This document shows positions 44,399 to 54,633 of a DNA stretch of 64,000 bases, piece after piece. The stretch is from Patescibacteria group bacterium (GTDB lineage Bacteria > Patescibacteriota > Microgenomatia > UBA12405), in contig JBBTXE010000001.1 of the NCBI GenBank assembly GCA_038062455.1, forward strand, positions 122,371 to 186,370. The letters run 5' to 3'. Made by a program: the position numbers and the translations under genes. Each line of letters starts with the position of its first letter. Within the stretch, counting starts at the first letter, position 1. The notes below the pieces were generated by a model. The model was not told where the DNA came from. It searched no databases and was given only the letters and a program-made list of their open reading frames with translations.

Positions 44399-45269
44399 TT
44401 GGTTTTGGGGTTTTTTATTTGTTAATTCAGTTTTCTTAACCTGGAATTTTTTTACACTCAAACCCAATCTTTTAGCCTCCCCGGCCTTTTTTGAATCGCC
44501 GTCACACGCAGTTGTCAAAAATGAAAATATACCCTCCCTTTCCACCCAATATTATTTAGTTATCGATCCGGTTGATAATCAAATAGTGGCCGGAAATCTC
44601 TATTCCGACCGCATTTATCCGGCCTCGGTCACCAAACTGGTCACCGCCCTCACTGCCCTGAACTTATATCCGCTTGATGAGGTGATTACCACCAGAACCT
44701 ATTCCGTCGGCAAAACCATGAATCTTCTCGAAGGTGAAAAAGTAACTGTTAACACCTTGGTATCCAGTCTCCTAATCTACTCTGCCAACGATGCTGCTTT
44801 TAATCTGGCAGAACACATCAACGGCGGCCCGGCTGCTTTTGTTGATCAAATGAATCTCTTGGTAAAAAAATATGGTCTTTCGGAAACCCACTTTACTAAT
44901 TACGACGGCCTTCATGACCCCAATCATTACTCAACTCTCTATGATCTGTCTCAAATCGCCCGCCTGTCTCTAAAACTCCCCTCGATTGTCTCTGCCGTCA
45001 AAATAAAAGAGGTGGAGCTCACCGATTTAAGCGGCCAAATCAAACACCGCCTTGTCTCCACCAACGAGCTTTTAGGAATAGTTCCTGAAGTCGAAGGACT
45101 TAAGACCGGCTGGACTCCCGAAGCTAGCGGTTGCTTCATTGGATTGGTAAATTTAAAAGGTCATTATCTCCTGACTCTGGTGGCTCAAAGTGAAGATCGT
45201 TTTGCCGATACCGCCAAACTTATCAATTGGGCCAAATCTAATCTTTCCTGGGAATTAAAAACCTATTGA
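44382..45269 (+). CDS. D-alanyl-D-alanine carboxypeptidase (peptidase S11)
   Basis: SxxK (PASVTKLVTA), SxN (YSANDAA), KTG (LKTGWT). Start moved to MLKKINW. Confidence 0.8.
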   Translation: MLKKINWFWGFLFVNSVFLTWNFFTLKPNLLASPAFFESPSHAVVKNENIPSLSTQYYLVIDPVDNQIVAGNLYSDRIYPASVTKLVTALTALNLYPLDEVITTRTYSVGKTMNLLEGEKVTVNTLVSSLLIYSANDAAFNLAEHINGGPAAFVDQMNLLVKKYGLSETHFTNYDGLHDPNHYSTLYDLSQIARLSLKLPSIVSAVKIKEVELTDLSGQIKHRLVSTNELLGIVPEVEGLKTGWTPEASGCFIGLVNLKGHYLLTLVAQSEDRFADTAKLINWAKSNLSWELKTY

Positions 45270-46303
45270 ACATACTTATCAACAATAGCCGGTACATAAG
45301 CCGCAAATCCCCTATCACCTTCAAAGACATATACCGGTTGGAGAAATTGCGCCGGAGTCACCGGCTCAAAATAAGCTAAACTGACCTTTCTAATCACCGT
45401 ACTTTTAACCTCGTTATCTTTAACCGGCCAATAATAACCCATCTTCAGATCCCCATAAGCTGTTTCCGGAGTTTTAATGGGGTAGGTTGACGGAGCCGAG
45501 ACATCAACATTGATATATTTATAATTTACTTCGACTACTTTTTTAGCCGCCACACTTGAACCGGAGACCAGCACCGACACCGATGATCTGCTCAAATCAT
45601 TCGACACCATTTCCTGATCTCCATCCAGCCTCTTTCGATAGAGGTCAACTCTCACCAAATTTGCCTCGTTTAATCCTGCCGTTTCTTTTAACCCCCCAAA
45701 GCCAATTTTCCAGAAACTCACCTTTGCCTCGCCCTCTTCCAAATCTATATACATCTTTCCCGCCTGCTGTAAAAAAGCTTTGGCCGATGATATAGCTTCA
45801 GCCTTATCCGGCATTTCCTCGGGGTTTAGTAGCATTTGGTCGCTAAGATAGGGGTAGTTAAGGTCAAAATTACCCGATAGAATATTCATGGTTAAAGTTC
45901 GATTGGCGACACTGTCGTTAAATTCATAAACCCCTGTTTTTATCTCACTTGGTTCATTTTTGAAACCCATCAAAGCTGCCGTTTTTTTAGCCTCCTCCAA
46001 AGCTCCGATAACGCTTTTAGAGCGGTAAATTACGTATACTTTAGCTTGATCTTTGAATTTTGGAAAGGCGTCATTGGCGAGTTCCAGACTAAATTCTTTT
46101 CTCTCAAATTTTTTCTCCGGGAAAACAATCTTGGGCATTATCCCAAAGCGAATTGTTGGCGGTACATAGGGCGGATAAGCCGCCAGATAAATTTTTAAGG
46201 CAATTCCGCCAATCCACCAAACAATTACCAAGGCCAAAATTCCCACCCCGCCGTATTTTATTAGTCGGCGGCTGACATAGGCTACGTAAGTTAGAGAAGT
46301 CAT
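45263..46303 (-). CDS. Hypothetical membrane-anchored protein
   Basis: One N-terminal TM (GGVGILALVIVWWIGGIALKIYL), rest unrecognised. Start moved to MTSLTYV. Confidence 0.5.
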   Translation of the reverse strand: MTSLTYVAYVSRRLIKYGGVGILALVIVWWIGGIALKIYLAAYPPYVPPTIRFGIMPKIVFPEKKFERKEFSLELANDAFPKFKDQAKVYVIYRSKSVIGALEEAKKTAALMGFKNEPSEIKTGVYEFNDSVANRTLTMNILSGNFDLNYPYLSDQMLLNPEEMPDKAEAISSAKAFLQQAGKMYIDLEEGEAKVSFWKIGFGGLKETAGLNEANLVRVDLYRKRLDGDQEMVSNDLSRSSVSVLVSGSSVAAKKVVEVNYKYINVDVSAPSTYPIKTPETAYGDLKMGYYWPVKDNEVKSTVIRKVSLAYFEPVTPAQFLQPVYVFEGDRGFAAYVPAIVDKYVQ

Positions 46304-46343
46304 CACTTTATTATAAATGATAAAATTTGGTATTATAAAACAT

Positions 46344-46709
46344 ATGACCAGCAATTTATATAATACTAAAAAAAGAGGAGTTTTAAGATTTTTCTTCTAT
46401 CAGGATGCCAAACATTATGTTGCTGTTTGTTTAGATCTAGATCTCGTTGAATTCGGAAAAGATTCCCAAGAACTACAAAAAAGTATTCATGAGGCGGCCA
46501 GAGCCCATGTTGATGCGGTAATAAAAAACAATCTTTCGGATGATTTATTAAACAAACCGGCTCCGGCCAAATATTGGAAGAAGCTCAATGAATATAATCA
46601 AAGAATACGTAAAATATCAAAATTAACCCGGGTTGAACCAAAAAAATTTATATTTACCCAGTTAACTGATGGTTACGAGAGGGGCAAATTTATTGGTACC
46701 TCTTGTTAA
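46344..46709 (+). CDS. HicB-like antitoxin
   Basis: RFFFYQDAKHYVAVCLDLDLVEFGKDSQELQKSIHEAARAHVDAV resembles the HicB/UPF0150 N-terminal domain. Overlaps the next ORF by 7 nt. Confidence 0.5.
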   Translation: MTSNLYNTKKRGVLRFFFYQDAKHYVAVCLDLDLVEFGKDSQELQKSIHEAARAHVDAVIKNNLSDDLLNKPAPAKYWKKLNEYNQRIRKISKLTRVEPKKFIFTQLTDGYERGKFIGTSC

Positions 46710-46963
46710 TGGACTCCAGGCTCAAAAATATCAGGCCGGAAGAAGCCAAACGTTTTCTCGAAAAGCGGGGTTTCATACTGTCAAATGTCTATGGACACCA
46801 TTGGGTTTATTACAAAAAAATTGGTAATCAGGAATTCATGCCCCAGGTTATCGACAACAATAAGCAACTTTATGAACCAAACATTAATGAAATGATCAGA
46901 AAGTCGGGGATACCCAAGGCCGAATGGGCCGATTTCCGCCAGTATTTAAAAAAGTCAAAATGA
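46703..46963 (+). CDS. HicA-like mRNA interferase toxin
   Basis: EAKRFLEKRGFILSNVYGHHWVYYKK....NINEMIRKSGIPKAEW fits the HicA pattern (L.k.GF....G.H....., il.q.Gi). Confidence 0.55.
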   Translation: MLMDSRLKNIRPEEAKRFLEKRGFILSNVYGHHWVYYKKIGNQEFMPQVIDNNKQLYEPNINEMIRKSGIPKAEWADFRQYLKKSK

Positions 46964-46966
46964 TAA

Positions 46967-48406
46967 ATGGCAAATGAAGAAATGATAAATAAATCAACTG
47001 TCCGGACCCGCATGGCCCCGAGTCCCACCGGTGATTTACACATCGGCTCTTTGCGAACTTTTCTTTACAGTTACGCTTTTGCCAAAAAAAATCACGGCGA
47101 ATTTCTGCTTCGAATCGAAGACACCGATCAAAAACGACTTGTAGCCGGTGCTGCCGACCGTCTCCAGAAAGTCATGAAAGACTTCGGACTCTCTTGGGAT
47201 GGGGAGCCTTTTATCCAATCGCAACGTTTAGATATCTATCAAAAATATATCAAGGAATTATTAGATAAAGGACATACTTATTACTGTTTTTGTACCCAAA
47301 AAAGATTAGATGAAATTCGGGAAGTTCAAAAAGGCGCCAAAAAAATTCCCAAATATGATCGTCATTGTTTAAATTTATCTAAAGCAGAAATTGAGAAAAA
47401 GCTAAAAGACGGTCTTCCCTATGTCATTCGGATGAAAATTCCCGACAATGAAACTATTATTTTCAACGATTTAATTCGCGGTCAGATCAAGTTCAACACC
47501 AATGATTTAGATGACCAGGTGTTGATGAAAAGCAATGGTATTCCTACCTATCATTTCGCTGTGGTTGTCGATGACTATCTCATGAAAATTTCTCATATAA
47601 TTCGGTCCGATGAATGGATCTCGTCTACTCCAAAACATATTTTGCTATATCGATATTTTAACTGGACAATACCCCAGTTTGCCCATCTTACAGTGTTGTT
47701 AGATCCCACCCACCCCGGGAAAATGAGTAAGCGTTATGGTTCAGTTTTGGCCCGACAGTTTTTAGATGAAGGTTATCTGCCGGAGGCGATGTTAAATTTC
47801 TTAATGCTACTTGGGTGGAATCCGGGGACTCCCCAAGAAATCTTCACTCTTGAAGAATTTATTTCTGCTTTTAGTATCGAACATCTTCATAAAAAAGCCG
47901 CTATTTTTGATCGTAAAAAACTGGATTACTTTAATGGCCTATACGTCCGTCAATTAAATAACAAACAATTATTTTCTTACTTCAAAAAGTTTTTACCCCA
48001 AGCCACCGATGAAGAAATCAAAATCTTACTGCCAATTATGAAAGACAGAATTGTCAAATTTTCCGATCTTCCTCTTCAATTGAAATTTATTTTTGAGGAT
48101 GTTGACTATGATCCTTCCCTTTTACTTCAACGCGGTGCCACTAAAGAACTGGTGGTCGACATGCTCACTCAAAGCAAAGAGATACTGGGTGACCTGTCCG
48201 CCGTGGTGGATTTTTCCGATATTCAAAATAAACTAACTAATTTAATTCAAAAAAATGGTTGGAACCTTGGTCAATTTTTTATGGTTTTCCGGGTAGCAAT
48301 TTGTGGTGCCGCTCAAACTCCGCCCATTGTTGAGTGTCTCCCGGCTTTGGGTAAAGAAAAAACTCTTCACAAAATCGACCTGGCTTTAGCTAAACTGGAT
48401 AATTAG
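46967..48406 (+). CDS. gltX: Glutamate--tRNA ligase
   Basis: RMAPSPTGDLHIGSLRT (HIGH) and KMSKR. Confidence 0.93.
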   Translation: MANEEMINKSTVRTRMAPSPTGDLHIGSLRTFLYSYAFAKKNHGEFLLRIEDTDQKRLVAGAADRLQKVMKDFGLSWDGEPFIQSQRLDIYQKYIKELLDKGHTYYCFCTQKRLDEIREVQKGAKKIPKYDRHCLNLSKAEIEKKLKDGLPYVIRMKIPDNETIIFNDLIRGQIKFNTNDLDDQVLMKSNGIPTYHFAVVVDDYLMKISHIIRSDEWISSTPKHILLYRYFNWTIPQFAHLTVLLDPTHPGKMSKRYGSVLARQFLDEGYLPEAMLNFLMLLGWNPGTPQEIFTLEEFISAFSIEHLHKKAAIFDRKKLDYFNGLYVRQLNNKQLFSYFKKFLPQATDEEIKILLPIMKDRIVKFSDLPLQLKFIFEDVDYDPSLLLQRGATKELVVDMLTQSKEILGDLSAVVDFSDIQNKLTNLIQKNGWNLGQFFMVFRVAICGAAQTPPIVECLPALGKEKTLHKIDLALAKLDN

Positions 48407-49359
48407 TGCTGCCCTACATCAACGAAGTTTTACCCGATCCGCCGTCAGGAGAAATTGAATGGGTGGAAATTTATAATCCCTCAACTGAATCAGCAGTTCT
48501 AAACAACTGGCGTATTCGCGATTGTACCGAAAACAACAATACTCTTTTCTCCGCCACTCTACCAGCTAACTCATTTCTCCAAATAGGTAATTCCCATCCA
48601 TTTTTTAACAATTCCTCTTCAGACTGTGCCCGCCTCTTTGATAATCAGGATAAGCTCATAGATCAGCAACCTCTCAAGTCGGTACCCGATCATCAGTCAT
48701 TTTCCCGGCAAAGCGATAGCAACTGGTGTTTAACTGAAATTTCCCCCAACAAAGACAATAATAAGTGTATCGTTCCCACCACCACGGAGGCTGTTATTCC
48801 CGCGACAGCGGGAACCTATACCAATTTAGAAATTATCGAAGTTTTAGCCGATCCTGACGACGGTGACGAATGGATTAAAATTTACAACCCCAATAATTTC
48901 CCCGTTGATCTCACCGACTGGCGGGTTAGAGACCAGAGTCAAAACTCCCGAAAAATTACCTGTCCCACAGTCGATGCCCTTTCTGCCTGCCAGGCTTTTT
49001 TCTCTTCCGGATTTTTAAACAATGATGGCGATTCGATTTATTTAATTGATCCCCAAAAAAGAACTATCAGTTCTTATTCATATTCAAATCCACCCAAACT
49101 TACCTCGACCAAAAAACCGACCGCCACCAAAAAACCCACTTCCATCCCCAAACCCACTACTATCAAATGTTCAACCAATATTAACTGTCCGCTGATTCTT
49201 GGTGCCACTTCGCCCCCTATCGCTTCCCGCTCTCCCCGTCTTACAATAAATGAGTCAGGATCGCCAATCAAAATTTTTTCCACTATTCTAATGTTTGGCG
49301 GTACCGTCTTTATTTTGTCACCCCTTCTTTTCCGTGGCCCAAAAAATAAAAATAAATAA
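48406..49359 (+). CDS. Double lamin-tail-domain (LTD) protein with PT/K-rich linker and C-terminal TM
   Basis: Two LTD signatures: INEVLPDPPSGEIEWVEIYNPSTESAVLNNWRIRD and IIEVLADPDDGDEWIKIYNPNNFPVDLTDWRVRD. GTG start overlaps the gltX stop. Confidence 0.7.
   Translation: MLPYINEVLPDPPSGEIEWVEIYNPSTESAVLNNWRIRDCTENNNTLFSATLPANSFLQIGNSHPFFNNSSSDCARLFDNQDKLIDQQPLKSVPDHQSFSRQSDSNWCLTEISPNKDNNKCIVPTTTEAVIPATAGTYTNLEIIEVLADPDDGDEWIKIYNPNNFPVDLTDWRVRDQSQNSRKITCPTVDALSACQAFFSSGFLNNDGDSIYLIDPQKRTISSYSYSNPPKLTSTKKPTATKKPTSIPKPTTIKCSTNINCPLILGATSPPIASRSPRLTINESGSPIKIFSTILMFGGTVFILSPLLFRGPKNKNK
48797..48814 (+). repeat. Hairpin repeat, TTCCCGC/GCGGGAA family, copy 2 (in frame in the LTD protein)
   Basis: ttcccgc-gaca-gcgggaa encoding ..VIPATAGT.. 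Confidence 0.75.
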
Positions 49360-49750
49360 AATTGTTGCTTGGATTCCCGCCATTCTTTGGATGGTATTTA
49401 TCTTTTATCTTTCCTCCGGGCCGACCACGGTCATAAGGGGTACTCCAATTGAGCGTTTCTTTGTTCTCAAAACCTTTCACCTGATTGAATATGCCGTTTT
49501 ATCGGTATTAATTGTCTTCGCCATCCTTTCTCCCAACAAAACGATTTTTCTTTCCTATCTCTACTCACTTACTGACGAATTTCATCAGTCTTTTGTATCA
49601 GGACGAGATGGCCGCTTCCGTGATACTCTCATTGACCTATTAGGAATTTTTATCGGTCTAATAGTTCTCCAATTTTTCAAAAAAACTTTTCCCAAACTTT
49701 GGCAAAAATTATTACCCTGCGGTAAATCTAAAAAAAATATTAAAGGTTAG
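49295..49750 (+). CDS. VanZ family membrane protein
   Basis: LTDEFHQSFVSGRDGRFRDTLIDLLGIFIG is the VanZ signature (DE.HQ...pgR....D...d..G). Start uncertain; the track start overlaps the upstream gene by 65 nt. Confidence 0.75.
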   Translation: MAVPSLFCHPFFSVAQKIKINKIVAWIPAILWMVFIFYLSSGPTTVIRGTPIERFFVLKTFHLIEYAVLSVLIVFAILSPNKTIFLSYLYSLTDEFHQSFVSGRDGRFRDTLIDLLGIFIGLIVLQFFKKTFPKLWQKLLPCGKSKKNIKG

Positions 49751-49817
49751 GGCTATTTATATTTCCTAAATTAGTTTATAAGTTAATTATATTAATTCAA
49801 AAAGGAGGTGAAAACTA

Positions 49818-50384
49818 ATGAATAAAAATATTTTAGTTAAACTGGCAGGCATCGCGGCAGCCGTCTCGCTTTTGGTCGGTGGCGCCTACGCTGCTTTTAC
49901 CAGTAATTCGGTCACCATCACTGGTGTTGTTCTAAGTTCGGCTACACCTACACTTGAGGTATATAACGGTAGCGCTTGGGGTAACACTACCGCCGACGGA
50001 GACACTTTGGGAATTAAAGAATCAAACATGATTCCGGGTTTTGTTGGTGCTGAACATACATTCTATTTGCGTAACACTTCCGACGCATCTGTTCCTTTTG
50101 GGCAGATTGTGGCTAATTTGCCATCAGCTCAAAGTGGAAGTTGGGACGCGCTTAAGGATGTGGTTCAGATGCGGTTTGGTGAAACTGGAACAGGTTGGTC
50201 TCCTTCTGGCTGGTATACATTAAACCAGTGGAATAGTGGACAGGCCAACATCTTGTTGTCAAACTTGCTTGGTGGAACGCAACGACAATTCAGTGTGCAG
50301 TTTCAAATGATTCCTGGTGCCGGTGATGACGCTAAGGGGAAGACTTTACAGTTCACACTTGGGTTCGTCGGAATGACACCATAG
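49818..50384 (+). CDS. TasA/camelysin-like secreted protein with SipW-cognate-type signal peptide
   Basis: aaaaaggaggtgaaaactaATG RBS. N-terminus KLAGIAAAVSLLVGGAYAAFTSNSVTITG (compare Bacillus TasA LVGGGTWAAFND). Also MIPGF...FYLRNTSD and C-terminal GKTLQFTLGFVGMT. Confidence 0.72.
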   Translation: MNKNILVKLAGIAAAVSLLVGGAYAAFTSNSVTITGVVLSSATPTLEVYNGSAWGNTTADGDTLGIKESNMIPGFVGAEHTFYLRNTSDASVPFGQIVANLPSAQSGSWDALKDVVQMRFGETGTGWSPSGWYTLNQWNSGQANILLSNLLGGTQRQFSVQFQMIPGAGDDAKGKTLQFTLGFVGMTP

Positions 50385-50400
50385 TGTGTTTTTTGCTTGT

Positions 50401-50427
50401 CAGGCGGGGAGAATTACTTCCCGCCTG
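50401..50427 (+). promoter_or_regulatory. Intercistronic hairpin between the tasA-like gene and the peptidase gene
   Basis: caggcgggga-gaattac-ttcccgcctg (10 bp with one G-T). No clear U tract, so possibly an attenuator or processing/stability element. Confidence 0.5.
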
Positions 50428-50435
50428 GCGAGTAG

Positions 50436-52763
50436 GTGGGTTTTATGAAAAAAGCTTTGTTAAAAAAGTTATTTTTATCGGGAGAAATCATTTTTGGAAC
50501 AATTTTAGTTCTGGTGATTGTGGTGTCCGTTTTTCCTCTTATACCCCCATTCAAAAATTACTACCACTCCCGAACAGTTTTAACCGGGTCAATGGAACCA
50601 AAAATCCCCAAAGGCTCGGTGGTGATTAACCAATGGGTGGATCAGAAAAATCTTAAAGTTGACGACGTTATCACCTATCAGCACCCTGCCGATAAAAAAA
50701 TTATCTATGTCACCCATCGCGTTGTTAAAATTGATAAAACCGGCCTCCTCTGGCGGCTTGAAACCAAGGGAGATGCTAACCCTGCTTCGGATTTTGGTTT
50801 AGTTACTCAAGCCGGCATTGAAGGCAAGGTGATATTGATTATTCCTCTCATTGGTTATCTGATTGAGTTCTTTAAAACCTTAGTAGGCTTCATATTATTG
50901 ATTGTCTTGCCTTTGCTGATATTTATAGTGCGGCAGGTCAAGGATGTTATAAAATTGTGGCCAAAACGGGTTATCCCGAGAAAGAGCCGCAAGACATTGG
51001 CGGCAATACTTCTTGTTTTTTCTTTTCTCGCGGCCAGAGTTAGTTTTGTGACATACGCCTCTTTTACTTCGGGGCTAGCAACCATTACCGGTGTTACCTT
51101 AAGCACAGCTGCCTCTTTTCCCGGTGATGATGTCGAAACCCCGATATCAAATCTTTTCTCCCTCCCTCCGGCCACTAATCAAAACCCCCTAAGTATCGGC
51201 TATTCTGCTTCAGATGGCAGCGGCTCGGGGGTTGACTACACCGACCTCTGTTATTCATACAGTCTCAACCCTTGGACTTGTGGCAACTATTTTAACTTTA
51301 CCTTCCCCTTAGGTGAGGGAACTTATTATTTTGACACTATCGCCCATGATCTAGCCGGTAACTCCGAAAAATCAGTTAACAACGGTCCTGTTTATATTGC
51401 CACCCGGCCGGCAGTTATATTTGATATTACTCCGCCTACTACCAACCAAATCACCCCGGCCAATTCTTATACCGGTCAAAATTTACTCACTAGTTCCTGG
51501 ACTCATGATTCCCCGGTAGGTGATTATCATCAGGTTGATGAACCCGGTCGTGGTCAGGTAACCCTTCTGGGTAATCAATCCGACACCTTTTCCGGCACCG
51601 ATTCCATTTCCCAAAATCTATATTTACCCCAAAATTATTCCGGCACTTTTCAATTTTCTTACCGCTATGTCAGCAACGACACTGCCGACTATGATCAGTT
51701 TTCAGTCGGAATTTTTCATCAAGATGGCGTTCAATTACTCGAAAATATTCTAACTGATGGTAATAATACCGGCACTCTTAGTTACGACACCGGCTGGAAA
51801 ACTTTGTTTCACTCTTTACAAAATCTGGCCGACCGTTTAATCAAATTAGTCTTTTCGGTTTCCGATACTGGAGACGTTGGGGCCGGTTTCAACTCTTATG
51901 CTCTTATTGACGATCTAAAAATTTCCACTCTCGATCTTCGACTCGGTGAAACAACTGTCGCTACCTTTGACTCGGTCGACACCGGTTCCGGTATCGCTAC
52001 CACTACTCCCCCTATTACTGTCAATGTTGGCGAAACTAAAGTAAACTTTTCCGCTACCGATCTGGCCGGCAACATTGAATCAACTCATTCATCGGCAATA
52101 CTAACTCTTCCCCATCTTGTCTTAAATAAAATCATTTTTGACCAAACCTCTCAACAAATTGAAATCTATAACAATAGTGACTTGGCCGTCAATCTTAGCA
52201 CTTGGAAATTAGCCAATGACTCAACCGAAATCGATATTGGTTCCACCTCAATTCTGCCTCATAATTCCCTTTTTATTGGCTTTACCCTAAATACCAATAC
52301 TGACACTGTCAGCCTAAAAGTTGGTTCCAGCATCGTTGATGCTACTACCTATCAGGGTACAATAGCCCCCAACGAATCTTGGGTCAGAACTGTCAATGGA
52401 GTTGGCCCTTGGTCTCTTCTATCTCCCCAAATTACTGCCGTTCTTACATCCCGTCTTTCGGTTAACAAAATTGTTTTAACCGTTTCCAATATTTCTCCCA
52501 TTTTTGGCAATAACCCCTCTGATACATTAGATTATGAAGTTAAATACACCAATTCAGCTGGACTTCAGGGTTTTTCCGGCCGCATTGATCCTCAATCAGT
52601 GGAGAACTTTACTTCGGCCCGGGATTTTTACTTGGGTACTTGTAGTAGCGGTTACGTCTGTACCCCTGAAACCGGTATCGGCTCCACCTTTACCGTTGAC
52701 CTAACCGGTAACATTAATAGTTCTCCCCTTATTTTTACCACCCAAACATTTACCCTAAATTAA
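50436..52763 (+). CDS. Archaeal/SipW-type signal peptidase I fused to a ~590-aa extracellular region containing an LTD
   Basis: VLTGSMEPKIPKGSVV, YVTHRVVKI, LETKGDANPASD (peptidase, residues ~30-140). TM. Then TYASFTSGLATITGV. LTD at LVLNKIIFDQTSQQIEIYNNSDLAVNLSTWKLAND. Confidence 0.8.
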   Translation: MGFMKKALLKKLFLSGEIIFGTILVLVIVVSVFPLIPPFKNYYHSRTVLTGSMEPKIPKGSVVINQWVDQKNLKVDDVITYQHPADKKIIYVTHRVVKIDKTGLLWRLETKGDANPASDFGLVTQAGIEGKVILIIPLIGYLIEFFKTLVGFILLIVLPLLIFIVRQVKDVIKLWPKRVIPRKSRKTLAAILLVFSFLAARVSFVTYASFTSGLATITGVTLSTAASFPGDDVETPISNLFSLPPATNQNPLSIGYSASDGSGSGVDYTDLCYSYSLNPWTCGNYFNFTFPLGEGTYYFDTIAHDLAGNSEKSVNNGPVYIATRPAVIFDITPPTTNQITPANSYTGQNLLTSSWTHDSPVGDYHQVDEPGRGQVTLLGNQSDTFSGTDSISQNLYLPQNYSGTFQFSYRYVSNDTADYDQFSVGIFHQDGVQLLENILTDGNNTGTLSYDTGWKTLFHSLQNLADRLIKLVFSVSDTGDVGAGFNSYALIDDLKISTLDLRLGETTVATFDSVDTGSGIATTTPPITVNVGETKVNFSATDLAGNIESTHSSAILTLPHLVLNKIIFDQTSQQIEIYNNSDLAVNLSTWKLANDSTEIDIGSTSILPHNSLFIGFTLNTNTDTVSLKVGSSIVDATTYQGTIAPNESWVRTVNGVGPWSLLSPQITAVLTSRLSVNKIVLTVSNISPIFGNNPSDTLDYEVKYTNSAGLQGFSGRIDPQSVENFTSARDFYLGTCSSGYVCTPETGIGSTFTVDLTGNINSSPLIFTTQTFTLN

Positions 52764-53809
52764 TGAAAAAAATATTACTTCTCCTTTTGTTTTTTCCTTT
52801 TGTTTTATCTTTTCCCACTTTAGCACTGGCGGCGGATTTGAATATCAATTGTCCGGCGTCACCGACAGCGTGCAGCAAAAGCGGCTTGGACCCGCTGTTT
52901 AGCAATAGCCTTGATGGGTTTTGGTATCCGGGAAAGTCCATAACTAAAACACTTAATCTGAAAAATTCCGGTCCGGAAACGCGGGAAATGGCGATTAGAG
53001 GAACCAGAACATCAACAATAAATATTTTGGAAAATGTAATGCATATCAGCATTGTTGGGGGAACGACAGTAATTTGGGCTGGTAGCGTCACCGATTTTTA
53101 TGGTCAAGATAAGATCGGAATGGGAACTTTTGCTCCCGGAGCGGATCTTGATTACGATTTTACGGTTCTTATGTCTTCTGGAGCTGGCGATGAGTATCAA
53201 AATAAGGAAACGGTTTTTGATTTGACCTTGGGTTTTTGGGGGGAACCAACACCAACACCTACCCCAACGACTACACCTGTACCCACTCCAACGTCAGCGC
53301 CAGGAGCAGTTTTGGGAGCCGGTGTTTTGGCGCCGGTTTGCAATGATACCAAGCCGGTAGGCACGCCAATACTTTTATCCGCGACTGCTGGTGTTAATAG
53401 TGTAAGACTTGTCTGGTCAGAAGGAACAGGACCGCTAAGTTATTATCTGGTGGCATTTGGTTTAACTTCCGGCTCGGTTACCTATGGCAATCCTAATATC
53501 GGCAGCGCCGGAACCACAAGTTATACTGTAAGTAATTTATCGGGCGGAACTACCTATTATTTCAGGGTACGAGCCGGCAACGGATGTGCTCCGGGTGATT
53601 ATTCAAATGAAATTCCCGCTACTCCAACCGGTATTTTTATTGCCGGGCCGGCAGCCGGTTTTGGAGAAGGGGTTTTAGGTACCGAAACCACTAATTCCAT
53701 CATTCCACCCTCTAATCAACCTTCTCAGCCTCTCTTTCTTTTTATTTTTATTCCTGCCTTTTTATTCGCTCTTTTTATAATACGGCGGTTCTTTCTTCCT
53801 AAAAAGTAA
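52763..53809 (+). CDS. Secreted TasA-like core + PT linker + Fn3-like module + C-terminal TM anchor
   Basis: Sec signal ..PTLALA|[21 protein letters not shown] and [21 protein letters not shown] resemble the TasA/camelysin core. C-terminal [29 protein letters not shown] module. Hydrophobic tail. Confidence 0.55.
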   Translation: MKKILLLLLFFPFVLSFPTLALAADLNINCPASPTACSKSGLDPLFSNSLDGFWYPGKSITKTLNLKNSGPETREMAIRGTRTSTINILENVMHISIVGGTTVIWAGSVTDFYGQDKIGMGTFAPGADLDYDFTVLMSSGAGDEYQNKETVFDLTLGFWGEPTPTPTPTTTPVPTPTSAPGAVLGAGVLAPVCNDTKPVGTPILLSATAGVNSVRLVWSEGTGPLSYYLVAFGLTSGSVTYGNPNIGSAGTTSYTVSNLSGGTTYYFRVRAGNGCAPGDYSNEIPATPTGIFIAGPAAGFGEGVLGTETTNSIIPPSNQPSQPLFLFIFIPAFLFALFIIRRFFLPKK

Positions 53810-54604
53810 CCATACTGCTCCCGCTCCTAGTCCCAACAATACCATTGATGTAATCAATAATATTTTGATGAAAGAAAACGGTTTTTTAACATTTTTTTCG
53901 CCTTTTGGAACACTTTCACCTAATATTTGGTTCTCAACCGATTCACCTTGTGTTTCCCCCGTTGGCTTAGCCTCTGGATTAACGGTTAAAAATGGGGTGG
54001 ATATATTTCCCTCCGCTCGACTGTCAAGAGGATGGGGATCTTGGCCATCTTTTTTACCGTCCTTATCCGAATCGGGATTAAAAGGATCAGTGCCCAGGTT
54101 CTTTTCTTCTGTGTCCGGCAACCCATCATTATCATCGTCCGAATCGACACTGTCGCCAATCCCGTCCCCATCATTATCCTTATCAATAAAAATATTTTTT
54201 GAAAAAGTTAGTAATTTATTATTTTCGGCTTGATCTTCGTATAGAGTCACCAAAAAATATACATTACCGCTAATTTTTAACGTATCGTTAAAATATATCC
54301 CGTCCTGCATATTTCTGACATTCATCATTTTCAACAAACTGCCAAATTGATAGGGTGAACCTTCTGGGGTTTGGGAATAGGCCACCTTTACATAAAGTTC
54401 ATAATCATTTGAACTGTTGGTGTTGTTAAAAACCACATAAAGTTTATTTTTTCGATTTATTATCGGTGGATTGTTCTGAAACCTAAAATCGGTCAAAGTT
54501 ATCCCGTTAAACGCGATTACTTCCTTATAAACACCTCCCAAAAACAACAGACCCACCACTAATAAGCACCCAATTTTTGTAGTGATATTAATTAATAGTA
54601 TCAA
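53762..54604 (-). CDS. Membrane-anchored protein with thrombospondin type-3-like Ca-binding repeats
   Basis: [51 protein letters not shown] at both ends. Confidence 0.7.
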   Translation of the reverse strand: MILLINITTKIGCLLVVGLLFLGGVYKEVIAFNGITLTDFRFQNNPPIINRKNKLYVVFNNTNSSNDYELYVKVAYSQTPEGSPYQFGSLLKMMNVRNMQDGIYFNDTLKISGNVYFLVTLYEDQAENNKLLTFSKNIFIDKDNDGDGIGDSVDSDDDNDGLPDTEEKNLGTDPFNPDSDKDGKKDGQDPHPLDSRAEGNISTPFLTVNPEAKPTGETQGESVENQILGESVPKGEKNVKKPFSFIKILLITSMVLLGLGAGAVWLLFRKKEPPYYKKSE

Positions 54605-54633
54605 AAAGTAAAAATACTGCCTATAATTTAATT

